Source of the DNA: Dendrobates tinctorius
Lineage: Eukaryota
Assembly (NCBI RefSeq): GCF_039654945.1
Contig: NW_027361688.1
Span: 1,178,001 to 1,242,000 of the forward strand
Direction: 5' to 3'
DNA: 64,000 nucleotides
The position numbers were made by a program, and so were the translations under genes. Under the pieces are notes generated by a model. The model worked only from the letters and a program-made list of their open reading frames with translations, was not told where the DNA came from and ran no database searches. Shown here piece after piece: positions 1-12,557 of this stretch (position 1 is its first letter; each line of letters begins with the position of its first letter).

Positions 1-2
1 TT

Positions 3-128
3 CTGGATCACGGAGTGAACTACTTATACGATGGACTACTTGCTAGAGATGGGGTGCACCTTACGAAGACTGGAAAGCATGTATTTGGAAGTCGCCTTGC
101 TACACTTGTAAGGAGAGCTTTAAACTAG
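3..128 (+). CDS. CR1 LINE ORF1 C-terminus (SGNH esterase-like), cut by the window edge
   Basis: Manual translation LDHGVNYLYDGLLARDGVHLTKTGKHVFGSRLATLVRRALN*; DGxH motif of SGNH esterases; lies directly upstream of CR1 ORF2. Confidence 0.8.
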   Translation: MDHGVNYLYDGLLARDGVHLTKTGKHVFGSRLATLVRRALN

Positions 129-3039
129 AACAACATGGGAAGGGAAGCAAAAGACCAGAAAAAGCCATACACCTGACAAATGCTATTGAGAACTCTGCTA
201 TTAGAAGTGGAAAGGGAGAACAAAGACGAAAGAATCTAATTAATAAAAATATTGGAGAAAGAGAAACCAATCACAAACTAAAATGTTTCTATACTAATGC
301 ACAAAGCATGGGCAACAAACAAGGAGAATTGGAACTACTAACACAGGAAAAGAAATATGATGTCATTGGAATCACTGAAACTTGGTGGGACAATACACAT
401 GATTGGAATACAAGACTAGAAGGATACAACTTATTTGCAAGAAACAGACTTGATAAACGAGGAGGAGGTGTCGCATTGTATGTTAGAAACGCGTATATCT
501 GCACAGAGATTGAAGCTTCAGAGACTGGAAGTTCTGTGGAAACTGTTTGGGTAAGAATACAAGGACAGAACAATGGAAAGGACACCATTGTAGGCATTTA
601 CTACAGGCCGCCTGTGCAAGCTGAAGATATGGATGAACTCTTTATGCATCAAATGGCCAAGTTCTCCAAAAAATATGACATAGTTGTCATGGGAGATTTC
701 AACTATCCAGACATTTGTTGGGAATCTCTCTCAGGCAAAACTAACAGGTCAAGGAAATTCTTATCCTCTCTTGCTGACAACTTTATCTTCCAAAAGGTAA
801 GGGAGAAAACTAGGGGAACTGCTACCTTGGATCTAATCCTTATAAACAGGGAGGAAATGGTTGAGGAGGTAAAAGTGGCTGGGACCCTAGGAGGTAGCGA
901 CCATGCTATTTTAGAATTTTGGATAACTAGAGGCGGAAGACCTGTGAAGACTCAGACGTCAAGGTTAGATTTCAGAAAGGCAGATTTTAAGGGATTCAGA
1001 AAGAGAATTGGAGGGATCCAATGGCTGGATATCCTTAAAGACAAAAATGTCCTGGAAGGATGGGAAATCTTGAAAAATGAAATTCTCAAAGCACAGTTGT
1101 TAACAATTCCGAAAAGAGGGAAGAATAGGAAGCATTTAAGGAAACCAGGATGGATGAACACAGAACTTAAGCACATGCTAAAAAGGAAGAAAAAATTGTT
1201 TATAAAATGGAAAGAGGGAGGCATATCTAAAGAAGAATATAATGCTGTCTGCAGAACCTGCAGGGCACAAATCAGATTATCTAAAGCTGAAAATGAATTG
1301 AGGCTTGCAAGAGATGTCAAAAGCAATAATAAAGGATTTTGGGGATATGTCAAAAGTAAAAGAAAAGTCAAAGATGCTATAGGATTTTTACAGGATGAAA
1401 ATTATGAAATGGTAAGACAGGATGTTGAGAAGGCTGAACTTTTAAATTCCTATTTTGCATCTGTTTTCTCTCAGAAAGGAAATGCAACATCAACTGTTAT
1501 TCACTGTCCTATTAAGGGAATAGAAGAATCCAGGATATCTATAAACAGAAAGATAGTGAGGAAACACTTAGCTAACCTAAATGAATTCAAGTCTCCAGGT
1601 CCAGATGAATTACACCCCAGAGTACTGAAGGAGATAGCAGAAGAAATTTTTGAACCCCTCTCCATAATCTTTGAAAATTCTTGGAGAACAGGAGAAGTGC
1701 CAGAAGACTGGAGAAGAGCAAATGTTGTTCCTATCTTCAAAAAGGGGAAGAAGGTGGACCCAGGCAACTATAGGCCGGTGAGTCTGACTTCTATACCAGG
1801 AAAGATCTTTGAACAAATTATTAAACAACATGTATGTCAATACCTGGATAAGAATGAAGTGATTAAACAGAGTCAGCATGGGTTTGTAACTAATAAGTCT
1901 TGTCAGACTAACTTAATTTCCTTCTATGACGGTATCACTGATTGGGTGGATCAAGGAAATGCTGTAGATATAGTATATCTTGAATTCAGCAAAGCATTTG
2001 ACAAAGTCTCTCATACAATCCTTATTGAAAAAATGACTAAGTATGGAATGGACAAGGCAACTGTTAGGTGGATTCATAACTGGCTTAGTGATCGGACCCA
2101 AAGAGTGGTCGTAAATGGCTGCACATCCAGTTGGAAGAATGTCTCAAGTGGGGTACCACAGGGCTCTGTCCTGGGCCCTGTATTGTTCAACATCTTTATC
2201 AACGATTTAGATGAAGGAATTGAGGGTAAACTGATTAAATTTGCTGATGACACAAAGCTAGGAGGGATAGCTAATACTAGAGAAGAGAGAGAGAGGATTC
2301 AAAAAGATTTAAATAAACTGGAGAAGTGGGCAGCAACTAACAGAATGGTTTTTAACAGGGAGAAATGCAAAGTACTACATCTGGGCAATAAAAATGAAAA
2401 AAGCACATATAGAATGGGAGGAATAGGGCTAAGTGACAGCACATGTGAAAAAGACTTGGGTATACTAATAGATCACAGACTGAATATGAGTCAACAGTGT
2501 GATGCAGCAGCAAAAAAGGCAAATGCAATTCTAGGATGTATTAACAGAAGATACAGTCTAGATCACGTGAAGTCATTATTTCCCTCTACTCCTCTTTGGT
2601 CAGACCTCATCTGGAATATTGTGTCCAGTTTTGGGCACCACATTTTAAAAAAGACATCAACAAACTGGAGCAAGTTCAGAAAAGAGCGACCAGAATGGTG
2701 ACCGGTCTGCAAACCCTGTCTTATGAGGAAAGGTTGCAGGATTTGGGAATGTTTAGTTTGCAAAAGAGAAGACTGAGAGGAGACTTAATAGCTGTCTACA
2801 AATATCTCAAGGGCTGTCACATTGTAGAAGGATCAACTTTATTCTCATTTGCACAAGGAAAGACTAGAAGCAATGGGATGAAACTGAATGGGAGGAGACA
2901 CAGATTAGATATTAGAAAAAACTTTTTGACAGTTAGAGTGATCAATGAGTGGAACAGGCTGCCACGAGAAGTGGTGAGTTCTCCTTCAATGGAAGTCTTC
3001 AAACAGAGGCTGGACAGACATCTGACTGGGATGATTTAG
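122..3039 (+). pseudogene. CR1 LINE ORF2 (APE endonuclease + reverse transcriptase) with one frameshift near 2550
   Basis: ORFs 308-2701 and 2596-3039: [51 protein letters not shown]. The frame is open from 122. A 1-nt deletion near 2550 shifts the frame. Confidence 0.93.
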
Positions 3040-3133
3040 CGAATCCTGCTTTGAGCAGGGGGTTGGACCAGATGGCCCAGGAGGTCCCTTCCAACTCTAC
3101 GATTCTATGATTCTATGATTCTATGATTCTATG

Positions 3134-3638
3134 TCTCTGCTGAGCAAGAATCTCTGTGGCTGAAGAGGAATGGGAGACCGCAGAGTCTCTGTGCCGTGGG
3201 GGAAACTCGACGCCTAACATTACCCCCCCCTCCTAGGGCTGCCTCGCCATGCTCAAAGGCCGCAATGAGCAGAGGAGCGTGGATGTTTTCCACAGGTTCC
3301 CAGGTCCGATCCTCTGGGCCATGACCCTTTTCAGTCCACCAGGTAATACTTTTTGCCACGTACCACCTGGCACCCCACAATGGCCTCTACCTCATACTCG
3401 TCCGAGGACAAGCCCGATGTTCTGGCAGATGACTCGGAGAACCGGGACATGTGGATGGGCTTGAGGGAAACGTGGAAGGTGTCAGTGATACCCAGGCGAG
3501 GAGGAAGGGTCAGCCGGTAGACCACAGGGTTAACCTGTTCAAGGACCTTGAAGGGACCTATGTAGCAAGGCGCGAACTTAGTGGACTCGACCTGCAGCCT
3601 GATGTTACGGGCGGAGAGCCACACTAAGTTGCCAGGGG
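3134..3638 (-). mobile_element. Gypsy fragment A: integrase C-terminus/chromodomain, PPT and start of 3' LTR
   Basis: ORFs 3331-3723 and 3129-3380 (GPFKVLEQVNPVVYRL, YEVEAIV, TWEPVENIHAPLLI); purine tract followed by LTR start TGTTAGG at 3219 on the minus strand. Confidence 0.85.
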
Positions 3639-6118
3639 TGTTAGGGCTGGCGGAACGCATCAGATTATAAAATAGTAGAGAGTGCGTTCGCAGTCCGGGG
3701 TCCACCGTGCAGAGGTGGTACACTGCTGCTAGGTAATGGCGGAAGAGAAGAGCGGCGTGAAAACAGTCACACGTGGGTTACGTCACCCAGTGTGAACAGG
3801 AGCGGATTCTGTTACGTCACAGAACCGCACAGCCGCTTGAAAGTGAATGCCGGAGCCTGTTTAGCTCACAGAACCCGGCTACAGAGCGCACAGCAAACAG
3901 CCACAGAACTCCACCCCAAGGCATGGGGTTAGAGTCCTTCTAGGCCACTGAGCACGCGGCGTCGCTGCCACGAATGCCGCTATAGACGCTGACTAAGGAG
4001 TGCGGAGCACTTGCTCTGAGGCGTGCCGAGTCACTGATATTATTATTATTATTATTTATTGTTATAGCGCCATTTATTCCATGGCGCTTTACATGTGAGG
4101 AGGGGTATACATAAAAACAAGTACAATAATCTTAAACAATACAAGTCATAACTGGTACAGGAGGAGAGAGGACCCTGCCCGCGAGGGCTCACAATCTTCA
4201 AGGGATGGGTGATAATACAGTAGGCGAGGGTAGAGCTGGTCGTGCAGCGGTTTGGTCGATCGGTGGTTACTGCAGGTTATAGGCTTGTCGGAAGAGGTGG
4301 GTCTTCAGGCTCTTTTTGAAGGTTTCGATGGTAGGTGAGAGTCTGATATGTTGTGGTAGAGAGTTCCAGAGTAGGGGTGATGCGCGAGAGAAATCTTGTA
4401 TGCGATTGTGGGAAGAGGAGATAAGAGGGGAGTAAAGAAGGAGATCTTGTGAGGATCGGAGGTTGCGTGCAGGAAAGTACCGGGAGACGAGGTCACAGAT
4501 GTATGGAGGAGACAGGTTGTGGATTGCTTTGTATGTCATGTTTAGGGTTTTGTAATGGAGTCTCTGGGCAATTGGGAGCCAGTGAAGGGATTGACAGAGG
4601 GGAGAAGCTGGGGAATAGCGGGGGGACAGGTGGATTAGTCGGGCAGCAAAGTTTAGAATAGATTGGAGGGGTGCGAGAGTGTTTGAGGGGAGGCCACAGA
4701 GCATGAGGTTGCAGTAGTCAAGGCGAGAGATGATGAGGGCATGGACTAGGGTTTTTGCAGATTCTTGGGTGAGGAATGAACGGATGCGTGAAATATTTTT
4801 GAGTTGAAGTCGGCAGGAAGTGGAAAGGGTTTGGATATGTGGTTTGAAGGAGAGATCAGCGTCAAGGATTACTCCGAGGCAGCGAGCTTTTGGGACTGGG
4901 GAGAGTGGGCAGTCATTTACTGTAATTGATAGGTTCGTAGGGGGGGTCACGTGAGATGGGGGAAAGATGATGAATTCTGTTTTGTCCATGTTGAGTTTCA
5001 GATATCTAGTGGAGAAGAAGGATGAAATAGTGGACAGACATTGAGGGATTCTGGTTAGTAGGGAGGTGATATCTGGTCCAGAGATGTAGATCTGTGTGTC
5101 ATCAGCATAAAGATGATACTGAAAGCCATGAGATTCTATGAGCTGTCCCAGGCCAAAGGTGTAAATAGAGAACAGCAGGGGCCCAAGGACTGAACCTTGT
5201 GGGACTCCGACAGATAGGGGGCGAGGTGAGGAGGTGGTGTGTGAGTGGGAGACGCTGAATGTCCGGTCTGTTAGGTATGATGAGATCCAGGAGAGGGCCA
5301 AGTCTGTGATGCCGAGGGATGAGAGGGTCTGTAATAATAGGGAATGGTCCACTGTGTCAAAGGCAGCCGACAGGTCCAGGAGGAGGAGGACAGAGTAGTG
5401 TCGCTTGCTCTTGGCAGTTAAGAGGTCATTGGTGACCTTAGTAAGGGCAGTTTCAGTGGAGTGGTGTGACCGGAAGCCAGATTGTAAGCGGTCGAAGAGG
5501 GAGCAAGAAGAGAGATGGGAGGACAGTTCAAGGTAGACGTGTTGTTCCAGTAGCTTGGAGGCGTGACTAATATCTGACTCAACTCTGTCCTACCTACGCC
5601 TAAGCCTGGGCGCTAGCAGGCTAGGCTGCACAACACATGCATACCAAGGGTAGGGGTTTCATAATGAGTCAGTCACCAGAGACATTCATACGTGCATCCA
5701 TCACTCCTTATAGTCAGAAAATACTGGCTTATCCTACCGCATGGCCGAGCGGCCATGCAAACTTTTTATAGCTGCGAGCGTCCGGGACCTTCCTGGCTTC
5801 TCGGATGGGCCAATCCGAACACGAGCAGGACCTGAGCACGTGACCTTCGATCTCCAATGGGAGATCACACCACGAGCATGCTCAGTGGCCCGACATGAGG
5901 ACTTAGTCCGTGGAGAATCTCGCTGCTGAGCAGCATTCATTGCCATAGCTGTGCCAGAGGTGTCAGCATCAAGCAAACCCATGGAGCTTATCTGGGCAGA
6001 GCGCCGGGACCGACGAGCCTGCTGAGCAAGCTCCACTGTGGCTGGAGAGGAATGGGAGACCGCCGGAAGTAAGGCTCGGGATTCTCGCTGTTCAGCGACA
6101 GAAATGCAATGCTTAACA
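3639..6118 (-). mobile_element. 3' LTR of Gypsy element B, interrupted by an L2 LINE
   Basis: TGTTA...CCTAACA termini; collinear with the LTR at 29444-30390 once 4039-5562 is removed; PPT adjacent at about 6120-6140. Confidence 0.85.
4039..5562 (-). mobile_element. 5'-truncated L2 LINE (RT C-terminal half and 3' UTR)
   Basis: ORF 4267-5352 ([40 protein letters not shown]); 3' stem-loop AGCGCCAT-n7-ATGGCGCT at 4066-4088; (AAT)n tail. Confidence 0.92.
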
Positions 6119-7860
6119 TTAAACCCCCTCCTAGGGCCCCTCACTCTGCTCAAACTCTGCAATGACAAGAGGAGTGTGGATGTTCTCCACTGGCTCCCAG
6201 GTCTGAGCCTCTGGACCATGACCCTTCCAATCCAACAAGTAAAACTTTTTGCCCGGCATCACCTTGCATCCCACGATGGCATTGACCTCAAACTTGTCAG
6301 TCGACAGGTCTGATGTCCTGGCAGATGGCTCAGAAAACCTGGACATGTGAACTGGCTTAAGGAGAGACACATGAAACGTGTCCGAGATAGCCAAATGTGA
6401 TGGAAGGGCCAGACGGTAGACCACAGGGTTAACCTGCTCAAGGACCTTGAAAGGGCCAATATAGCGCGGTGCGAACTTAGCGGATTCCACCCGCAGCCTG
6501 ATGTTTGGAGCGGAGAGCCACACTAAGTCGCCAGGAGCGAAGATCAGAGCAGGGCGCCGGCGAGAATCAGCGGAGGACCTCATTCTCTCCTTGGAGGCCC
6601 GGATAGCATCCTGCGTATGATCCCAAATGTCACGTGCCTCCACCGCCCAGTCTGTCTCCCTAGAGTCGGTGGACGACACGGGCATGGGCACGGGGACGCG
6701 CGGATGCTGACCGTAATTTAAGAGGAATGGGGTCTGACTGGTGGAGTCGGCCACAGCGTTGTTTAAGGTGAACTCTGCCCATTGCCCAATCATCCTGCCT
6801 GGCAGAGACAAAATGTCGCAGATATGTCACCAGGGTCTGGTTGGCTCTCTCAATTAACCCATTCGTCTCGGGATAATAGGCCGAGGAGAGATTTAGCTCA
6901 ATGCTGAGCAGAGAACAGAGCTCTCTCCAGAACCGAGACGCAAACTGAGGACCCCGGTCGCTGACAATTTTATCCGGCATGCTGTGCAGGCGGAAAACAT
7001 GTTTAATAAACAAAGCTGCCAGACCCCGTGCCGATGGTAGCCGAGAGAGTGGTACCAGATGCACCATCTTGGAGAAATGATCGGTGACCACACAAATGAC
7101 AGTGCTGCCACTGGACTTGGGCAGACCCACCACAAAGTCCATACCGACTATCTACCAGGGACTGTCCGCAACTGGCAGAGGATAGAGTAACCCAGCAGGC
7201 CGCTGCAGAGAGGACCGATTCTGGGTGCAAGAGACGCACGCCTGAATATAGTCCCTGACCATATGTGGCCACCAGTACATTCTCGCCAGGAGTTCAGAGG
7301 TCCGTTTGATCCCAAAATGGCCACCCAACCTGGACAAATGGGCCCAAGAGAGGATCTCTGGTCACAGATGGGTAGGAACTAATGTCTTGCCCGGAGGTAC
7401 AGACTCGAGAGCAACCGGAGCCACGGTCCTCAGGCTCTCTGATGGGACTATCAACCAAGGCTCCTCCTCCTTCGATGATACCACGGAACGGGAAAGAGTA
7501 TCGGCTTGGAAGTGTTAGGTGTCGGATTCCTGCCACTGCACAGCGGGAGTCCAGAGCCAGACATCCTGCGGTCTCCCATTTTTCTCCGACCGCTCCAGGT
7601 GTTGCTCAGCAAACACGGCAAGCCAAGCTTGCTGCTCAGACTCGCTCTGACAGCCTGGATGCTGCTGCCACCTCTGGTGCAGCAATAGCAGCGCAACCTG
7701 CTCTGCAGGGAACTGCTCCTGAAGCTAAGTCCTCATGCCGTGCTACTGGGCATGCTCGCAACTTGACCTCTCACTGGAGAGCAGGGGTCACATGCTCAGG
7801 TCCTACGTCGGATCTGATTGGTCCTTCCCAAGCTAATGGAAGGTCCCGGAAGCGCATCGC

Positions 7861-7901
7861 TATAAAAATCCCGCATGGCGGCTCGGCGATGCGCTAGTGT
7901 A
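7861..7901 (+). promoter_or_regulatory. LTR TATA box and predicted transcript 5' end (self-primer)
   Basis: TATAAAA at 7861; GCGCTAGTGTA at 7891-7901 is complementary to the PBS-position sequence at 8399-8409. Confidence 0.75.
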
Positions 7902-8425
7902 GCATATTATGCTGTGTGTGTATGGTGACGGATGTGTGGACTGGTGACTGACGCATTATGAAACCCCTTCCCTCGGATATTACGAATGGTGACAGAGAGT
8001 TGGATAGTCAGTCTCATCTTGTGGCAAGCTACACGCCACGTGATCCTCGCCTACACTAGCGTCCGTCGGCGCCTGTGTCTCAGCGCCGACGTCTGTGGCT
8101 TTACCTGCCGCTGCGCTGCACTAACCGCAGCTACTCTTGGTCGCTGTTGCAACGCCACACGCAGGCCTCTGTGACATTAACAGAGCCGCGTCTCGGCATC
8201 ACATTGCCTCTTGCGACTCTGTGCCAGAACAGAGCCGTTCTTAGCGTTCGGGTGACGTTAACCCAAGCGCAGTACCTCATTGCTTAGGTGCATCTGCCAT
8301 TGTTCAGCAGCGGTCTTGTCACCTACTGCACGGTGGACTCCGGGCGGCGAACGCACCTCCTGTTATTTTATATTTGGTGCGTTCCGCCGTCCTAACATTA
8401 CACTAGCGCCAGGGTCTGTCTGACA

Positions 8426-11400
8426 ATGGCAGAAGTGCAGCAGCTGCAGCGCTACATTCGGCAGCTGGAGAGCAGGTTGGCGGCTATCGAGAGCACCAAC
8501 TCAGCTGTGAATGCTGCGCTAGCTGCCGCCCAGACGGTCGCTGAGGCCGTCTCACGTGTGCCCACAATTTTGCCCTCGCCAACAATCTCTTCCCTCCCGC
8601 TCCCCGATAAGTTTTCGGGTGAAAGCGCCACCTGTAGGGGATTCGTCAGTCAGTGCTCCATTCACCTGGAGTTGCTGGCTGCACGGTTTCCTACAGAGCG
8701 GGCCAAGGTGGGCTTTGTCTCCTTGTTAGCTGGCCGGGCATTGCAGTGGGCCACACCGTTGTGGGAACGTGATGATCCCGTGGTTCAGGGGCCTGCTCAG
8801 TTCCTCGCGGCTCTGAAGCAGGTCTTCTTGGGACCACGGGTCACGCGCGATACGGCTCTCCAACTGTTAGCGTTAACACAAGGGTCACTCTCGGTTAGCC
8901 ATTATGCTGTCCGGTTTCGGACATTGGCTTCCGAACTGGAGTGGCCGGACAAAGTGTTAGTCCCAGTGTTCTGGAGAAGCCTAGCTGAGCACGTCAAGGA
9001 TGCTCTAGCCACCCGAGATATTCCCACAACTCTGGAGGAATTGGTCTCCGTCTCCACCCGTATTGACCTCCGGTTCACGGAGCGCGGGCTGGAGAGGACT
9101 CAATCCAGACGTAAGATTAACCTGGCTCCCACCTTTACCGAACCGCTGAGCCATTCCGCTCAGGAGCCTCCCTCCATCGAGCCCATGGAGGTATCTCGCA
9201 CTGGTACTAAGCCACGTCAGGTGCGGGGCTCTGTGCGCTGTTATCACTGCCGAAACTTTGGCCACTCGGCTGGCACATGTCCTCAGCGGGCAAAGGGACG
9301 ACCCCGTTCCATGGTTGTAGGTGGTGGCCAGTCCCAGATGGAGCCCTTTTCGCCTAAGCCGGTATTCCGGGGTACTCTGGATAATGGTTCCTCCACCTGG
9401 GAGGCAGAGGTTACTCTGGACTCCGGGGCCGAAGGGAACTTTATGTCCACGAGTTTCGCCCAGAGTCACTCCATTCCCCTGGTATTACTCCCACAACCTC
9501 TGACCATCAGGGTGGTGGATGGGGCACCATTGCCGTCTCAAGTGACCCATCAGACGGTCCCACTCGGTCTCGCCATGTCCCCCTCACATCGGGAGACCCT
9601 GTCCTTGCTTATTATGCCTCACGGCATCGATCAGGTACTCCTCGGGGTTTCCTGGCTTCGTTGTCACTCCCTTCACATTGATTGGGCGTCGGGGAGAATA
9701 CTGGGCTGGAGCAAGGACTGCGAGGGTAGGTGTCTAAGGGACAGTCTTCAGGTAGCCTCTACAGAGCTGCCTGCAGATCTCTCCACGCTTCCTGAACCTT
9801 ACCATCAGTATGCGGACGTCTTCTCTAAGAAGTCTGCGGAGACACTCCCGCCGCACCGTCCCTATGATTGCCCAATTGACCTCCTGCCGGGCACAGAACC
9901 TCCTCGAGGATGTGTCTACCCATTGTCTCTTCCGGAGACAGAGGCAATGTCCCAATATATCCGGGAGAACCTGGCGCGGGGCTTTATCAGGAAGTCGGTG
10001 TCACCGGCTGGGGCAGGCTTCTTCTTCGTTCAGAAGAAGAGCGGAGAGTTACGCCCCTGTATCGACTACCGGGGTCTCAATGCCATCACGGTAAAGAATA
10101 AGTACCCTCTCCCGTTGATCTCTGAGTTGTTCAACAGGTTGCGTGGGGCACGGTTATTCACAAAGCTAGACCTACGAGAGGCATACAACCTGATCCGTAT
10201 TCGCGAGGGAGACGAATGGAAGACAGCTTTTATTACTCGGGATGGCCATTATGAATATCTGGTCATGCCCTTCGGCCTTTGTAATGCGCCCGCTGTCTTC
10301 CAGGACTTCGTCAACGACGTCTTCCGTGACATGCTTTCTACCTCGGTGGTGGTCTATCTGGACGACATCCTCATCTTTTCGCCAGATTTTCCCACCCACC
10401 GGAAAGATGTCTGCAGGGTATTCGACCGCTTGCGGGCGAATTCCCTGTTTGCCAAGCTGGAGAAGTGTCAGTTTGAGCAGGAGTCCTTGCCATTTCTGGG
10501 CTACGTCATCTCGGCCCAGGGGTTGGCTATGGATCCGGCCAAACTGCAAGCGGTTATGGACTGGCAGGAACCCCATTCTCTTAAAGTGGTGCAGCGCTTT
10601 TTGGGGTTCGTTAATTATTACCGTCAGTTTATACCCCACTTCTCCACTCTGGTAGCTCCTTTGGTTGCTCTCACAAAAAAAGGAGCTAATCCTAAGGCTT
10701 GGACCGAACAGGTTTCTAAGGCTTTTTCCTCCATAAAGTCCCATTTTGCAGGCGCTCCCATTTTACACCGTCCCGATGTGGATAAGCCGTTTATCCTTGA
10801 GGTAGACGCTTCTTCCGTCGGAGCAGGAGCAGTCCTTTACCAAAAGGATGCTCAAGGTCGGAAGCATCCCTGCTCCTTCTATTCTAAGACCTTTTCACCG
10901 GCGGAGAAAAATTACTCCATCGGCGACAGGGAGCTGCTGGCCATGAAATTGGCTTTCTCCGAGTGGAGACATCTCCTGGAGGGAGCCCGGTTCCCCTTTC
11001 AGATGTTCACGGACCACAAAAACCTGGTCTATCTTCAGACGGCCCAACGCCTGAATTCCCGTCAGGCCAGGTGGTCGCTCTTCTTCTCTCGCTTCCGCTT
11101 CACCCTGCACTACCTCTCCGGGGAGAACACCCGAGCAGATGCCCTCTCACGCTCGGTGGTCTCAGCGGAAGAAGGAGAAGCTGAGCCCCGGTTAATTCTC
11201 CCTCCGGAGAGTTTTACGACCATGGCTCCTATCGCTCTCGAGTCGGTACCGCCAGGCAAGACCTTGGTGCCCCCTCGGCTACGGCCGGAGGTTCTTGCCT
11301 GGGCACATGCCTCCAGGCTAGGTGGCCATTTTGGTAATAAACAGACCACCGAACTCCTGGCAAGGTCATACTGGTGGCCACATATGGCTCGAGACGTCAA

Positions 11401-12557
11401 GACATACGTGAAAGCATGCGTCTCGTGTGCCCGGAACAGGCCCTCTAGACAGAGGCCGGCGGGGCTCTTGTTTCCCCTGTCAGTAGCGGATAGACCATGT
11501 AAAATGGTGGGCATGGACTTTATAGTTTGCCTGCCCAAGTCCAGTGGCAGTACGGTCATCTGGGTGGTTACCGACCATTTTTCCAAAATGGTACATCTGG
11601 TGCCACTCGCACGCCTACCTTCCGCCCGAGGTCTGGCCGTCCTGTTCATTAAGCATGTATTCCGTTTACATGGTATGCCGGACAAAATCGTAAGTGACCG
11701 AGGTCCCCAGTTTGCGTCTCGTTTTTGGAGGGAGCTCTGCAGCTTACTCAGCATCGAGCTAAATCTGTCCTCCGCCTACCATCCCGAGACGAATGGCTTG
11801 GTCGAAAGGGCCAATCAGACCTTGGTCACCTATCTACGACATTTTGTCTCTGCCAGGCAGGATGACTGGGCATCCTTGCTGCCTTGGGCTGAATTTGCCC
11901 TAAACAATGCGGTGGCCGATTCCACTGGTCAGACGCCCTTTCTCCTAAATTATGGTCAACACCCACGCGTCCCTGTCCCAATGCCGGTGTCCTCCACTGA
12001 CTCCAGGGTGGCAGACTGGGCAGTGGAGGCCCGGGACATTTAGGATCGCACTCAGGATGCTATTCGGGCATCTAAAGAAAGGATGAGGGCGTCCGCCCAC
12101 ACGCACCGGCGACCCGCGCCAAGCTTCTCCCCTGGCGACATGGTGTGGCTCTCCACCCGGAACATTAAATTGCGGGTCGAGTCTCCCAAGTTCGCACCAC
12201 GATACATTGGACCGTTCAAGGTCCTCGAGCGTCTTAGCTCAGTGGTCTACCGCCTGGCTCTTCCTCCACATTTGGCCATATCGGACGTGTTTCATGTGTC
12301 CCTCCTCAAACCAGTTCACATGGTCCGGTTTTCTGAGCCATCCACCAGGTCATCAGACTTTTCGTCTGACGAGTATGAGGTTAACGCCATCATGGGGCGC
12401 AGGTTTGTCCGTGGCTAAAAGTTCTATTTGGTGGACTGGAAGGGTCATGGTCCCGAGGCTCGGACCTGGGAGCCGGTGGAGAAAATTCATGCACTGCTCC
12501 TGGTCGCGGCTTTTGAGCGCAGTGAGGCTCAGCGGGGATGGGACCCTGGGGGGGTAA
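8426..12557 (+). pseudogene. Single-ORF Gag-Pol polyprotein with premature stops at 12041-12043 and 12416-12418
   Basis: 1205-aa ORF: CCHC knuckle CYHCRNFGHSAGTC, LDSGA protease, YLDD RT, RNase H, HHCC/DDE integrase; continues in frame to GPF and chromodomain (ORFs 12083, 12428). Confidence 0.93.

Larger units (their letters stand above)
1..3133 (+). mobile_element. CR1 non-LTR retrotransposon with intact 3' end
   Basis: ORF1 end, ORF2, short 3' UTR ending in the CR1-typical (ATTCTATG)n tail at about 3102-3133. Confidence 0.95.
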
